DNA of 64,000 nt, from positions 82,340,801 to 82,404,800 of the forward strand of contig NC_068988.1 of NCBI RefSeq assembly GCF_001194135.2, written 5' to 3'. Under the pieces are notes generated by a model. That model had not been told where the DNA came from. It made no database searches and saw only the letters and a program-made list of their open reading frames with translations. Shown here piece by piece: positions 34,995-47,452 of this stretch (position 1 is the first letter of the stretch; each line of letters opens with the position of its first letter). The stretch is from Octopus bimaculoides (lineage: Eukaryota). The position numbers and the translations under genes were made by a program.

Positions 34995-35116
34995 TGGCAA
35001 CCGACTAATTGTCACATATTATATTATAGATAAATTCCTCTATTTACATAATATCAAGGTCTCATTCATTCTTTTGTTGTTATATTATTATTATTAATAT
35101 ATATATATACGTAACA

Positions 35117-38037
35117 GTGGTGGAGTAGGAGGTGTAGGCATACTCCTTGCAGAGAAATGGGTGGTTACAGTCAAAGCAGTAGTCAGGGTATGTGATAGAG
35201 TGCTTAAGCTCAGACTAGTCTTGCAGAATAGTACAGCTACAATTATCTCCACCTACACCCCACAAGCGGGCCTCCTGAATGATCAGAAGGACCACTTTTA
35301 TGATACCCTTCTACAGGCTACCTCAAAGATGAGTAGCAATGACCTCATCTTTGCGGCTGAAGATTTTAATGGGCATGTCAGACAGTGAACTGGTATCTTC
35401 CATGGTGTTCACGGGGGCCATAGAATTGGTTCCTGAAATGAAGAGGGAACTAAGCTACTGGAGTTCTGTGATGCAAGCAGCCTATTAATCTGCAACACCA
35501 ACTTCAGGAAGCCAGACAGCCACCTGATAAACTATCAATCGGGCATCTCTGCTAACCAGATTGATTTCATCCTCACCAGACAGTGAGATGCAAGGTTGCT
35601 CTTAAATACAAAGACCCTCCTGGTGAAGAATGTACCCCCCAGCATAGACTAGTCATTAGTGACTTTAAACACGAGTTCAGAAGAATGCCAAGAAGCAGCC
35701 CAATCCAGAAAAGAAGGATTTGGAAGCTAAAGAACCCTTCGCATGGTCAGAGATTTAGGGACATTCCCATTGAGAAATTTGATAAGAGGGAGGGGGAGCT
35801 ACAGACGTAGGACATAGAGTGTAACTGGAAATTTCTAAAGGACAGCTTACTGACTGCCACAGACCAAATCTGTGGCTGGTGCAAAGTTCCTTCTAGACCT
35901 AGGGTAATGTGGTGGTGGAATAATACGGTAGACAAGGCCATTAGAGCAAAGAAAGAGGTCTGGAAAACCTGGAAAGGTGATGCTTTAGATAGAAATAATT
36001 ACAGGGGTATCAAACTGCTGGATCAGGTGATGAAGGTCATGGAGAGGTTCATAGTCCAACTAATTAAGGAGAGAGTCTGCTTAGATGAGATGCCATTCAG
36101 TTTTGTACCAAGTAGAAACACCACTGATGCCATATTCCTGGTAAGGCAACTGCAGGAGAAACACCTAGCCAAAGATAAACCTCTGTACTTGGCTTTCGTT
36201 GACATGGAGAAAGCCTTTGACAGGGTTCCCCGATCCCTTATCTGGTGGTCAATGAGGAAACTCGAGATAGATGAGTGGTTAATAAGAGCTGTACAGGCCT
36301 TGTACAGGTATGCTGCCAGTAAGGTAAGGGTCAGCAATGAATATAGTGGAGAATTTCAGGTAGAAGTAGGGGTTCACCAAAGATCAATCCTCAGCCCCTT
36401 CTTATTCATCATAGTCCTCCAGGCAATAACAGAGGAATTCAAGACAGGCTGCTCCTGGAAGCTCCACTTTGCTGATGACTTTGCTCTCATAGCTAAATCA
36501 CTACCAGAACAAGAAAAGAAATTTCAGGTGTGGAAGTAAGGTTTAGAATCGAAGGGCATTAGCATCAGTATTGCAAAAACCAAAGTCCTAGTTAGTCGGA
36601 TAGTGAACACATCACAAATCCCTTCAGGTAGATGGCCCTGCTTGATCTGTAGAAAAGGTGTAGGTAGAAATTCCATAAGATGTACCCAGTGTAAGCTATG
36701 GACACATAATTGGTGCAACAACATCAAGGGAAGGTTAACTGGAAAGATAGCTTTTGTGTGTGGTAGATGCACAGGGGCAATAAACACCAAAGATGCTCAA
36801 AAACCAGATTCTATCACATGCCAGGTGAAGAAACTAGAAGTAGTTGATGGCTTCCACTACCTAGGTGATTAAGTCTGTAGTGAGGGTGGATGCTCGGAGA
36901 GCATTGCCACTAGAATAAGAATAGCCTGGGCAAAGTTCTGAAAGCTCCTACCTTTATGGGTGACAAAGAGCCTCTCACTCAGAGTGAAAGGTAGATTGTA
37001 TGATGCATGTGTGCGAACAGCCATTCTACACATCAGTGAAACATGGGCCATGACTGTTGAGGACATATGTAGGCTTGAAAGAAATGAAGTTAGTATCATC
37101 CACTCGATGTGTAATGTCAGTGTGCACACACAACAGAGTGTAAGTGCCCTGAGAGAAATGTTGGACATAAGAAGCATCAGATGTGGTGTGCAGGAGAGAC
37201 AACTGCACAGGTATAGTCATGTGCTATGTATGGATGAGGAGAGCTGTGTGAAGAAGTGTCACACCCTAACAGTGGAAGGAACCCGTGGAAGAGGGAGACC
37301 CAGGAAGACATGGGATGAGGTGGTGAAGCACGACCTTCGAACACTGGGCCTCACAGAGGCAATGACAAAAGACCGATACCTCTGGAGATATGTTGTGATT
37401 GAAAAGACCCAGCAAGTAAAGTGAGATCACAGCCATAGCCTACCCCAGTGTCACATAACCAGCCCATTTAAAAAGTACCTTTGAATCATCAGGCAACACA
37501 CTGTGCTTGAGGAGACCTATTGAATCAAGTAAAATCAAAAATCAAAAATCAAAAATCAAAATCAAAATAACAATCAGAATCTCCATCAAATCAAAATCAA
37601 AAATGGAAATTGCAGTTGTGACTGATGCCAGTGCCGCCTGACTGGCTCCCATGATGTTGGCACGCAATAAGCACCATTCATGCGTGGGTCACTGCCATTG
37701 CTGCCTGACTGGCTCTCCATGCTGGTGGCATGTAAAAAGCATTATCTGAACCTTGTCGATGCCAGCCACCCCCATCCTGACTGGCTCCTGTGCCAGTAGC
37801 ATGTAAAAGGCACCATCCAAACATGGCCAATACCAGTGCCACCTGACTGGCTCCCGTGCTGGTGGCATGTAAAAATCACCCACTACACTCTCAGAGTGGT
37901 TGGTTTAGGAAGGGCATCCAGCTGTAGAAACATTGCCAGATCAGATTGGAGCCTGGTGCAGTCTCCTTGCTTGCCAGTCCCCTGTCAAACCATCCAATCC
38001 ATGCCAGCATGGAAAACAGACATTAAACGATGATGAT
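35117..38037 (+). mobile_element. RTE-clade LINE, longest copy (APE and RT), internal deletion near 35975, modular 3' UTR
   Basis: GVGILL, IISTYTPQ, EDFNGHV, NTNFRK, QHRLV (APE); ORFs 35907-36539 and 36960-37424 (RT and C-terminus); tail ends ACGATGATGAT. Confidence 0.92.
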
Positions 38038-38038
38038 T

Positions 38039-38069
<31 letters not shown>

Positions 38070-38682
38070 ACATATATATACATTGGCACATATATATATA
38101 TATGGGTGGGTAAAAGGGGTCCACATAGTCACTGGACACTGGTTGGCTGAGCAACATACTGGGCTAAAACTTCCAAAGAGTGATGCAAATCCCAAGTCCT
38201 ACTTCGACCTCCTCATAGTACCACCAACAAGAGAAGACAACTGTGGGTGTCTGGCATAGTATAACCAGGACACTCTGAGTGGATGGGGCTCATTAGCCAT
38301 GATCGGCAGCCTGTCTAGGAGGACACTCCAATATAAACCCTACAACACAAAGACCTCTCTGTTATCCTTCCAGCTTGCTGGGCCATGCCAGATAAACTCT
38401 AAGTGTAAAGGGTGAGGCTAGTTCTGTACAGACTGCACTTTACCTTAAAATTCCATCATGCAGGGCGAAGGATATGCCACAAATGAGCATGCAGACGACA
38501 CGGACAATGGCCTTCTTACTCTTCGTCAGTTAAGCCAAGCCAAGATATATATATATATATATATATATAAAATAATAAGGGTGAAAAATTGAATATTATT
38601 CTGATTAATATCAATTTAAAACCAGTGGTCTAGCATATAGAAAAATCTGAAGATTCAGAAAAACTGTATTACATACATGTAA

Positions 38683-38807
38683 GAGGGATAACCACTAAGT
38701 GGATATCCATATGCTAGAAGTCGACCCCTATGGTCTTACCACTAAGAAAATGGTAAGACCATAGGGGGTCAACTTCTAGCATATGAATGTCCTCTTAGTG
38801 GTCATCC

Positions 38808-38810
<3 letters not shown>
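38683..38810. repeat. Inverted repeat, ~59-bp arms, 9-nt loop, between (TA)n tracts
   Basis: Arms 38683-38741 and 38751-38810, about 90% complementary. Confidence 0.9.
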
Positions 38811-38858
<48 letters not shown>

Positions 38859-39626
38859 TAAAGGGTATAGTGAATGGTGAAGGTAAATCCATACTACATA
38901 TGTTTCTCAAGCCAATCTGGACATGTTTTACATAACTCAAAGGTGTAACACAAACACACACACACATATTTTTGTCTTCAGTCATATGTCATTGTCACAA
39001 GGAGAAATAGGTTAAAAGAATGAAACAAAAAATGTATATTTTTTGTTTTATTCTTTTTATCTGTCAATCTGGTGCCCTAATTCCAATTTAATTGCCTTAT
39101 TTATGATAGATCTTACTTCCTTTGTTCTCTCCACCCATCTTACTCCAATGTCTATATTCTTTCTCCCTTAATAAACTGGCTTCTTTAAACACACCCTTTC
39201 ACCTCAAATGTTGTTTGCCTGCTAATATTGAATTTTATTTGACTTATCTGTTTCCACCTACCATTCTGCTGTGCCCTAGATTAATGGATTCTTCTCATCT
39301 CCCTTTGCAACAATGACTTACAACTACAAGTAATTCACCCTGAAGAAAAGCTAAGTTGTGCACATATATGTGTTACATTTTTGAGTTAATTAAAACATAT
39401 TCAGATTGGCTTGGAAACATATCTGCCACATATTTACCTTCTCCATTCCCTACACCCTTTAAATTATAATTGCATTGTAAGCAATATTCGTTGCTAAATT
39501 GTGAGTTGTACAGTCATCTTATTGAAACCTTCATCGCCATCATTTTATCAAAACCCACAGCAAATGGATGTATAAACAAAACACATACATTCACCATCTT
39601 GATGATGATGGTGATGATGATGATAG

Positions 39627-40570
39627 CACACTTATGGTTGTGATGCATGTGCCTGGCGTACCCTTATCAGATGGGTAGTCATAATGGGTATACTGGACTT
39701 CGTATATTTTACCCTGGTGTAACTTTGATGGCATGCTCTGCTCTCACACTCAATAATAATAATAATGATGTCCTGGTACAATATCAAACACTGGTTCCCA
39801 TGGCTTCTCATCTTAATTGATTGGAAGTGTTAGAATATATATGTTTTGTTTTGGTATAAAAGATGGGCTACAGCAAATATTTTGCTCAATACCACAGATT
39901 TGCTTGACCCTAACCAGTTAAGTATGTCCCTTAGTGGCTGACGATATGTGCATCTCTGATCCTGAACAGAAGTAGTGGGGGAGCACTATAGCCATGTGTT
40001 GAGACAAATTCTTTGGGGTTTGAATAATTCACCTCTAGAAACATAGGTGTTTCATTCAACATTCTTAAACAACCCTTATTCAGGGACCTTTTGAGCAGGA
40101 TGGGCTACTCAACCATAAAAAAATTCTAACAGGGCCCCCACTCACAAGGTCATGGACTGTTTATTTTGATATGAGATCACTATGTCTGCACATTTAGTTG
40201 TGATGCCAAGTGTCATTTTGTTGGTATGCTCTGCTCTTTCTCTCAATAATAATGACAATTACTATTATAATAATAATTGTTATTATTATCGTTGTTATTA
40301 TCATTATTATTATTATTATTGAATGAGAGAGCTGCCCACACCATCAAAGTGAACCTGAAGACCAATATAATCTCATCATGACTATCTATCTGATAATAGT
40401 ATGCCAGGTACATGAATCACCACTACATGTGCACAACAAGATGTCCTCATATCAAAATGAATAATGCATGACCTTGCAGGTGGGAATCAGAATTTTCTTC
40501 AGGTCAAATAACCCACCCCACTCAAAAGGTCCCTGAATAAGTGTTGTTTAAGGAGGATAAACAAAGTGCC
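39627..40570. mobile_element. Cluster of three family D copies (39627-39752 +, 39766-40243 +, 40321-40570 -) linked by (AAT)n/(ATT)n
   Basis: Mutual similarity and similarity to 1-437; shared end GCTCTGCTCT..CTC-AATAATAAT. Confidence 0.75.
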
Positions 40571-40869
40571 CATTATTATTACTATTATTAATGATATGTG
40601 ATTCTAGCATAGGTAAAAGGCCTGAAATTTGGATTAGGGATGGGATTAGTTGATACTGTCTGCTCCAGTACTTGAATAGAACTTTATTTCATCGACCCTG
40701 AAATGATAAAAATGTATCTAATTATTGTGATGAAATAATAAATGAAAGGTTTCAATGATCCCTAAACCAGTCTAAACTTCCAGATTTTGTAATGTTAAAC
40801 AGATAAATGAAGGAATTCCTCTGATCGTTCTGCTAGCTTATGACAAGCATTGAAAAATATGGCACCTCT

Positions 40870-40901
<32 letters not shown>

Positions 40902-41217
40902 TTTAAAGTTCACTTTACCATGCTTGCATCAGCTGGACAGAGTTTATTGAGGCAGATTTTTAATGGCCAGATGCCCTTCCTGTTGGCAACTCTCACCCAT
41001 TTCTTAAAGATAATATTTCCCCATGACCAGAAAAGTTTTTGTAGAATACTGGAAATGAATGACAATGTTTGTATAACAGTAACAATCATCTTACAACTAT
41101 CACACAATATCACAGAATGTCAAGACAAGAAGCAATAAACATACACACATTCACACGTACATACATACACACATATATACACACACATACATATGTATAC
41201 TTTCACATTTACACATA

Positions 41218-41306
<89 letters not shown>

Positions 41307-41307
<1 letters not shown>

Positions 41308-42224
41308 TAGGATGCGATGGGTAAATTGTCGCCATCTTATATTTTTAATTTCATGCTTGCATATTGTTTGTTTTTGATTTTGTTGACTACACAGTATATT
41401 AAGGTAAGTTGGGTACTGTCTGTGACAAAAACAGCACCATGATGCAATTCACTCTGCCAGATATTTGGAAATGACATGCATTCATGCCAGAGCTCCAAAT
41501 ACGAACATTTCAGAGTGTTTGGGTGTCAATCTGAGGACAGTGCAATCTGAGGACAGTGCAATCTGAGGACAGTGCAATCTGAGGACAGTGCAATCTGAGG
41601 ACATTGCAATCTGAGGACAGTGCAATCTGAGGACAGTGCAATCTGAGGACAGTGCAATCTGAGGACAGTGCAATCTGAGGACATGTTCTGAGAATGATAA
41701 AAATCAAGCATCCATTCAACATCATGGTGTTTAGAGTGATCACTAGTAATGGTGACATAATGCCTCTATCCATCTTCCCATACACCCTTAGACTCAACAC
41801 AGAGGCCCACATCAAGTGCCTGGAGGAGATAGTGTTGCCCTAGGTCAAGAGGGTGGCTGCTGGAAGACCCTATGTCTGGCAAAAGGACTCTGCCCCATGC
41901 CACACAAGCAGAAGAACCCAATCATGGAAGTCAGACAATTTCTGCGACCACGTCACCCCTAACATCTGGCCACCTAACTCTCCAGACTGCAACCCCCTAG
42001 ATTATTATGTGTGGGCTGCAGTTGAGCAAGAGACCAATGAAAATAACACTGACATCTCATTTTAACAGACATATTTACCTAAGTTGCATAAAAATACCTT
42101 GAAATAAAGAATAAATTTATTCAATAAAATCACCATTGGCTTCAACCACGGCTTCCAGATGACTTTGGAATCCTTGTAGCACCATCACCAACTTAAACAA
42201 GGAGACCGTTCAGAAGAGTTGCAG
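41307..42224 (+). mobile_element. Rearranged DD37D (maT-like) transposon, same family as 25975-27227
   Basis: QKDSAPCH..(37 aa)..PLDYYVW; internal deletion, 16-bp array, inverted 3' segment 42043-42176. Confidence 0.88.
41527..41683 (+). repeat. 16-bp tandem repeat (CAATCTGAGGACAGTG) x9.8
   Basis: Units every 16 bp from 41527; one variant (CATTG) at 41591. Confidence 0.97.
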
Positions 42225-45200
42225 TGTGTGTGTGTGTGTATGTGTGTGTGTGTGTGTGTGAAAAATTATGATAAATACAAGTTCAGATCATTTGTTATCT
42301 ACATACATTTCACCTTTGTAGTAGTTTGAAACAACACCCTTGGATGTTCCGAGTGCAACTGAATATTTAACCATAACGGATTGTCAGAGGATCATGTTAC
42401 AAACATTTAATCTCTGTAACATAATGCAATGAAGTGTTTCTTTAATGATCCATTTTGAGGATTAAGCATCTAATTGCACTGAGGACATCCAATGCTGTCA
42501 TTCCAAACTGCCACATATACATTTGGTTTGTATATCATAACCAGTAATACAAGTAAGTATAGAAGTAACTTAAGCACTATACTGGAAGCAGTTGAATGGT
42601 CTACATGGAGCTCTAAAGTCAACAGTAGCAGTTGTATACACACACACACTCACACACATATGATGGGCTTCTTTCAGTTTCTATCTCCCAAATCCACTCA
42701 CAAGGCTTTGATTGGCCCAAGTCTATAGTAAAAGATATTTGTCCAAGGTACCATGCAGTGGGACCGAACCCAGAACCATGTAGTTGAGATGCAAACTTCT
42801 TACCAAGCTGCCACACTTGTGGAGTTGTGCAAATTATGAACAGACAAGTCAAAATAACTGCAACATATTTGAACATGGTACAATCAGTCTAACACCTGAA
42901 TTACATGGCCATTTCACTCTTACTCACCTGAAAATTTTGCCCCAGATATCACTTTTGTAAACTGTATATTGGTTTTCAGTCAAAAGTCTACAATCTACTT
43001 CTACACATCTCTTAATTCTTTACTGATTCCTTCCAGCATTTTCTATCAAATTTCCCCTTCTTCTAAATTCCTATCTGCTCCCTTCTCTCACCTACTATCT
43101 CACGACAGATCTTATGACTGACTTTAGGGAATTTATATTTTTGGCCCCTTATCATCAACATTCCTGATTTAATCTTTCGTTTTAAATATTTTCTTTTCAT
43201 TCATATTTTATTTATTTTGCTTTTTCTCCTCCTTTCCTGCATCACTTACACCTTCTTCTTGCAAGATCCCATTTCTTCATATACCATTACAAGAATTTTC
43301 TTTTTCCTCTCTACAATTAAGATCCATCTTCAACTGTTCTTCAGCTTCTGTAAAAAATAAATTAAAACGTTTGTGAAATAATAGCTTCTATTTGAAGAAA
43401 TGCCAAGAATTGAAATTTTTATCTCAATATAAATTAAGAAAAATGCTTAGTATGTGTGTATGTGTGCATATGTGTGTGGATATTGGTGTATATGCATGTT
43501 TGTGTATATATATGCTTATATGTCTGAATGTATGTATTTCAATTAACATACTTTTAAAGGCCTGCCATAGTTTCCTGGCAGGTAGTGTTCAACTGGATAT
43601 TAACCCCTGCTTGACAGTACCTATTTAAAAAGATTGCCAACAACCTCTAAAATTAACATCCATTCAGCTACCAGTATGAAAACTTGCTTCAGATTTTCTG
43701 ATATAATCATGAAAATATAAATCTGGTACCTTGCTGTACTCAAGAAGACCCATCCTCCGCAGCAGAAGTGTTAATGCCTCTCCTCCTCTTGCTGAAGAAG
43801 ACTGGACGTTCAACCTAAAAGCACCCATGCCAGTACCATGTACAAAGCACCCAGGACATTCTGTAAAGTGACTGGCATTAGGAAGGGCATCCAGAAGTAG
43901 AAACCAAGCCAAACCAGACTGGAACATGGTGCAGCTCTGATCAGCATGGAAAACAGATGCTAGAGGAGGATGACGATGATGATTATCATCATGGTCATCA
44001 TCATCATCATCATAAATTCCCCTATACTAGGTATCTTTTAAGTGAAATCGTGGCCATCCACTCACAGACACATGTACTCTCATGCACATTATCTGATCTC
44101 TGTCACCCCCCCCCCTGCATCTTCCCAACACCTGTTGCAGACTTCTCTCCTCCCTTCTCCCTTAGGTACCTCATCTGCTGAGGCCTTTCTACTCTCTCTC
44201 ATGTGCCTATCCGCACACTCCCCATGCCTTCACCTCCCAGCCTTACCCACCTCCCAGCCTTTCCTGTTTCCCTCACCCTCACTTACTACAGTCATGTCTT
44301 CCCTATCTCCAAACATATCACCTCACACTCTTATGGAACATCCCCCTTCTATTCCCTCAATTCCACTTATATTCACTGCTCCACTGTTCCCTGTGGGTAG
44401 CTCCTAATATATCTCTAACACCATCTATTTCTCTCTATCTCTTTCACTCTGTCTGTCTCTTTACCTTTCTCTCTAACTCACCACCACATTCCTTCTCCTT
44501 CCTTGTCCAACTGGGGTAGTCAAGTATCTCTTTATAGTAAGATAACAATCTCTACCCTGTCACCTGGTCATACAGCCACTTCTCTTGGTTCCACTCCCTC
44601 TCTCATCTAAGAAGTATAGGTCTTGCAAGTTATTCAGCAACCCTACTGGTGCTGATGCCAAATAAAAAGTATCTGTGCCAGTGCTACATAAAATGTAGTT
44701 ATGTTAGTGCCATGTAAAAAAGCACCTGTGCTTGTGCTATCTAAAAATCTAAAAAACATGCAGTACACTGTGAAGTAGTTGGCTTTAGGAAGGGCATCCT
44801 ACTTTAGAAACCATGCCAAAACAGACAATTGGAGCCTGGTGCAGCACTCCAGTTTTCCAGCTCCTGTCAAACCATCCAACACATGCTAGCATGGAAAATG
44901 GATGTTAGATGATGATGATGATCTTATGTACATAGACGTACCTTACATTTATATATCTTATGCATACATGTCTCATGCATACACATCTAACATATATATA
45001 AAAATATAAATACAGATTTGTATTCCGACTGTAAATCATGACTTGTACCTATTATCATGAGTACATTAGTCTATATAAAGAGAGATTAACATTAAAGTTT
45101 GGATATGCTGGGCTTTTTCTAAGAAAGAGCAAAGTGAACTGATATATATCCAGCAAATCCAATCAATAAAGATGCTACCTAAAATATCTGAACTCCAAAT

Positions 45201-45479
45201 TTCTTCCAATTTCTCCCTTTTCACTAACTTGTCCAGTTTGTCAATGAAAAGACATTTCAGCTGGTCTCATGTAGTGTTCTCAGACTCAAAAAATGCTGAT
45301 GGATTAAAGATTAAAGAGACTTAAAAATAGCTTGCTTGTGCAAGTGCAGTCAACTGTAAGGTCCACGTACCGGATGCCAGTAGGCTTCAGGGATCATCAG
45401 GAGAGAACGTGCACCATTTCAGGGCCCTCTTAATCAACAGTTGCTTGTTATTTTGAGAAGATGTCATTTTATTTTTTAC

Positions 45480-46303
45480 TAAATTTTGTCCTCTAATAGT
45501 GGGCTCCACAAAACTGCACTGATTATATACCACTTAAAAAATCCTACCACTTTTGAAATCTGGCCTGGAAGTCGTTTTCCACGTGTGTGTCGGCATCTTC
45601 TGCAATTTGCTCTGGATCTCAACAACGGTGTTAAAACGGTGACCTTTGAGCTGCATTTTTATCTTGGGGAAGAGATGGAAGTCAGCAGGTGTTAAACCTG
45701 GCGAATAGGATGGGTGCAGAACCAATACTGTGCTGCTTTTAGCAAGAAACTCATGAGTGAGGAGAGCTCGGTGATAGGGTGCATGGTCGTTGTGAAGAAT
45801 CTAATTCTTTGCACTCCACAGATCCTGTTGGGTCACCATAGATCTCTTCATTAATGATCTGCCCCTGGGGGATGAATTCTCGATGCACAATACCACAATT
45901 CCAGGTGCGACACTTGTGGCTGATCTTCCAGATTACTTGTTGTCTTCGAAAGATATTCTTCCACTTTTGAAGCACCTTGCCACTTGAAACAGTGTGTACA
46001 ACCCATTGCCTTGTCACCGTAAGCTTGTTGAAGCATGCTCAATGTCTCTGTAGCAGACTTCTCATGTTTAACGCAAAATTTCATGTTGGTGCTGTGTTCC
46101 TGTCCATGACAAAATTGCAGACTACAGCATATATGTGATCACAAAAACACAAATTTCACAACTTGCAAAGTAAACATAGCAATGTCACTCAGCACACTAG
46201 ATTATGAGGGTCATTGCTAATGTTCACAACATACACAACTGTGTGCTGAGATTTACTAGCATGCTACAGAACTAGGCTTGGAACATTTTGATACCGCCTC
46301 ATA
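45480..46303 (-). mobile_element. mariner (DD34D-type) transposon, internally deleted
   Basis: KFCVKHEKSATETLSMLQQAYGD, GIVHREFIPQGQ, HPSYSPGLTPADFHLFPK; 5' end TA-TGAGGCGGTATCAAAATGTTCC. Confidence 0.85.
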
Positions 46304-47421
46304 CGTTCTCTGTGTCTACGTATATCTTAGCATTGTCTCTATTTACATTGTATGTTTACATCTATTTTTATATTGTATCTCTTTACATATATCATTACAT
46401 ATTGTTTGCTTACATATATCATTAGTGTTCACATATATCTTTATATACTGTCTCTTTATATATATATTCTCTCTGCTTACATATATATTTACATTCTCTT
46501 TGTTTGCATATATTTTATTCCTCTCTGTTTACAAATATATTCACATTCTTTCTGTTTACATATATTGCTATATTCTCCCCATTTACATAATCTTAATATT
46601 GTATCTATTTTCATATGTAAAGTCAACAAGCTTTTATATTTATTATGTAATAAAAACAAGCTTTTATATTTATATATAATTTAAATTATCATAAAACCAA
46701 ACTCTCTCAGTGTTATTAAAAATTTTTGTAAGTTGAATACTTTACATTTTTTTATTATAGTTTGCCATCAACACCTACACAATTCATAATGAACTGACAA
46801 ATTGTTCTCAACTCTGACATGACTTGCAATTTTAAGTATTAGCCTCTTCCTAAGACTAACCCTTTTATAAACTAAGTACAATATTTTACTAGCAAAGATA
46901 GATATACTTTTTCCATTTCTTGACTAACCTTACAGACTGGTGCATTGCAGTAAAGTTGCTTGCATTTTACCCTTTGCACAGTTCTAATAGGGCTTAGCAC
47001 TCACACGCCAGCTCTAATATATGTCTATATGTATTTATATACATAAGTGGGTGAAATAAACATTAGAGATGCTTTGCCCCATGCAGAAACTGCAGGAGCT
47101 ACTCAGAGATTTGCAAGCCTAAATCCATTGCAGTGTGTTTGTGTGTGTGTATATACATGAAGAGAGAGAGAGAGAATATCACTGCTTCTACTTATAAGTG
47201 AGTCATTGATTAACTTACTTCAACAAACAGCTTATCACCATTTTCACAAGGATTATCGAACTTGTAAAGGTACACTTTTTGTTAGAAGTTCTTTACATGT
47301 TGTATTTTACAATATTTAGGTATTAGATTTATCCTTTTCAGTACCAGAGCCATAAAGTGACTAACTAATGGACAGAACAGAATGTTACATATGTATGCAT
47401 ACATGCATGCATGCATGTTAC

Positions 47422-47452
<31 letters not shown>

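Noticed and set aside
41527-41683. 16-bp array as a CRISPR-like locus
   Set aside because: No spacers; the unit derives from transposase coding sequence; eukaryotic context.
43730-43814. 85-nt open exon-like segment on the minus strand
   Set aside because: The acceptor and part of the body derive from RTE-tail sequence.
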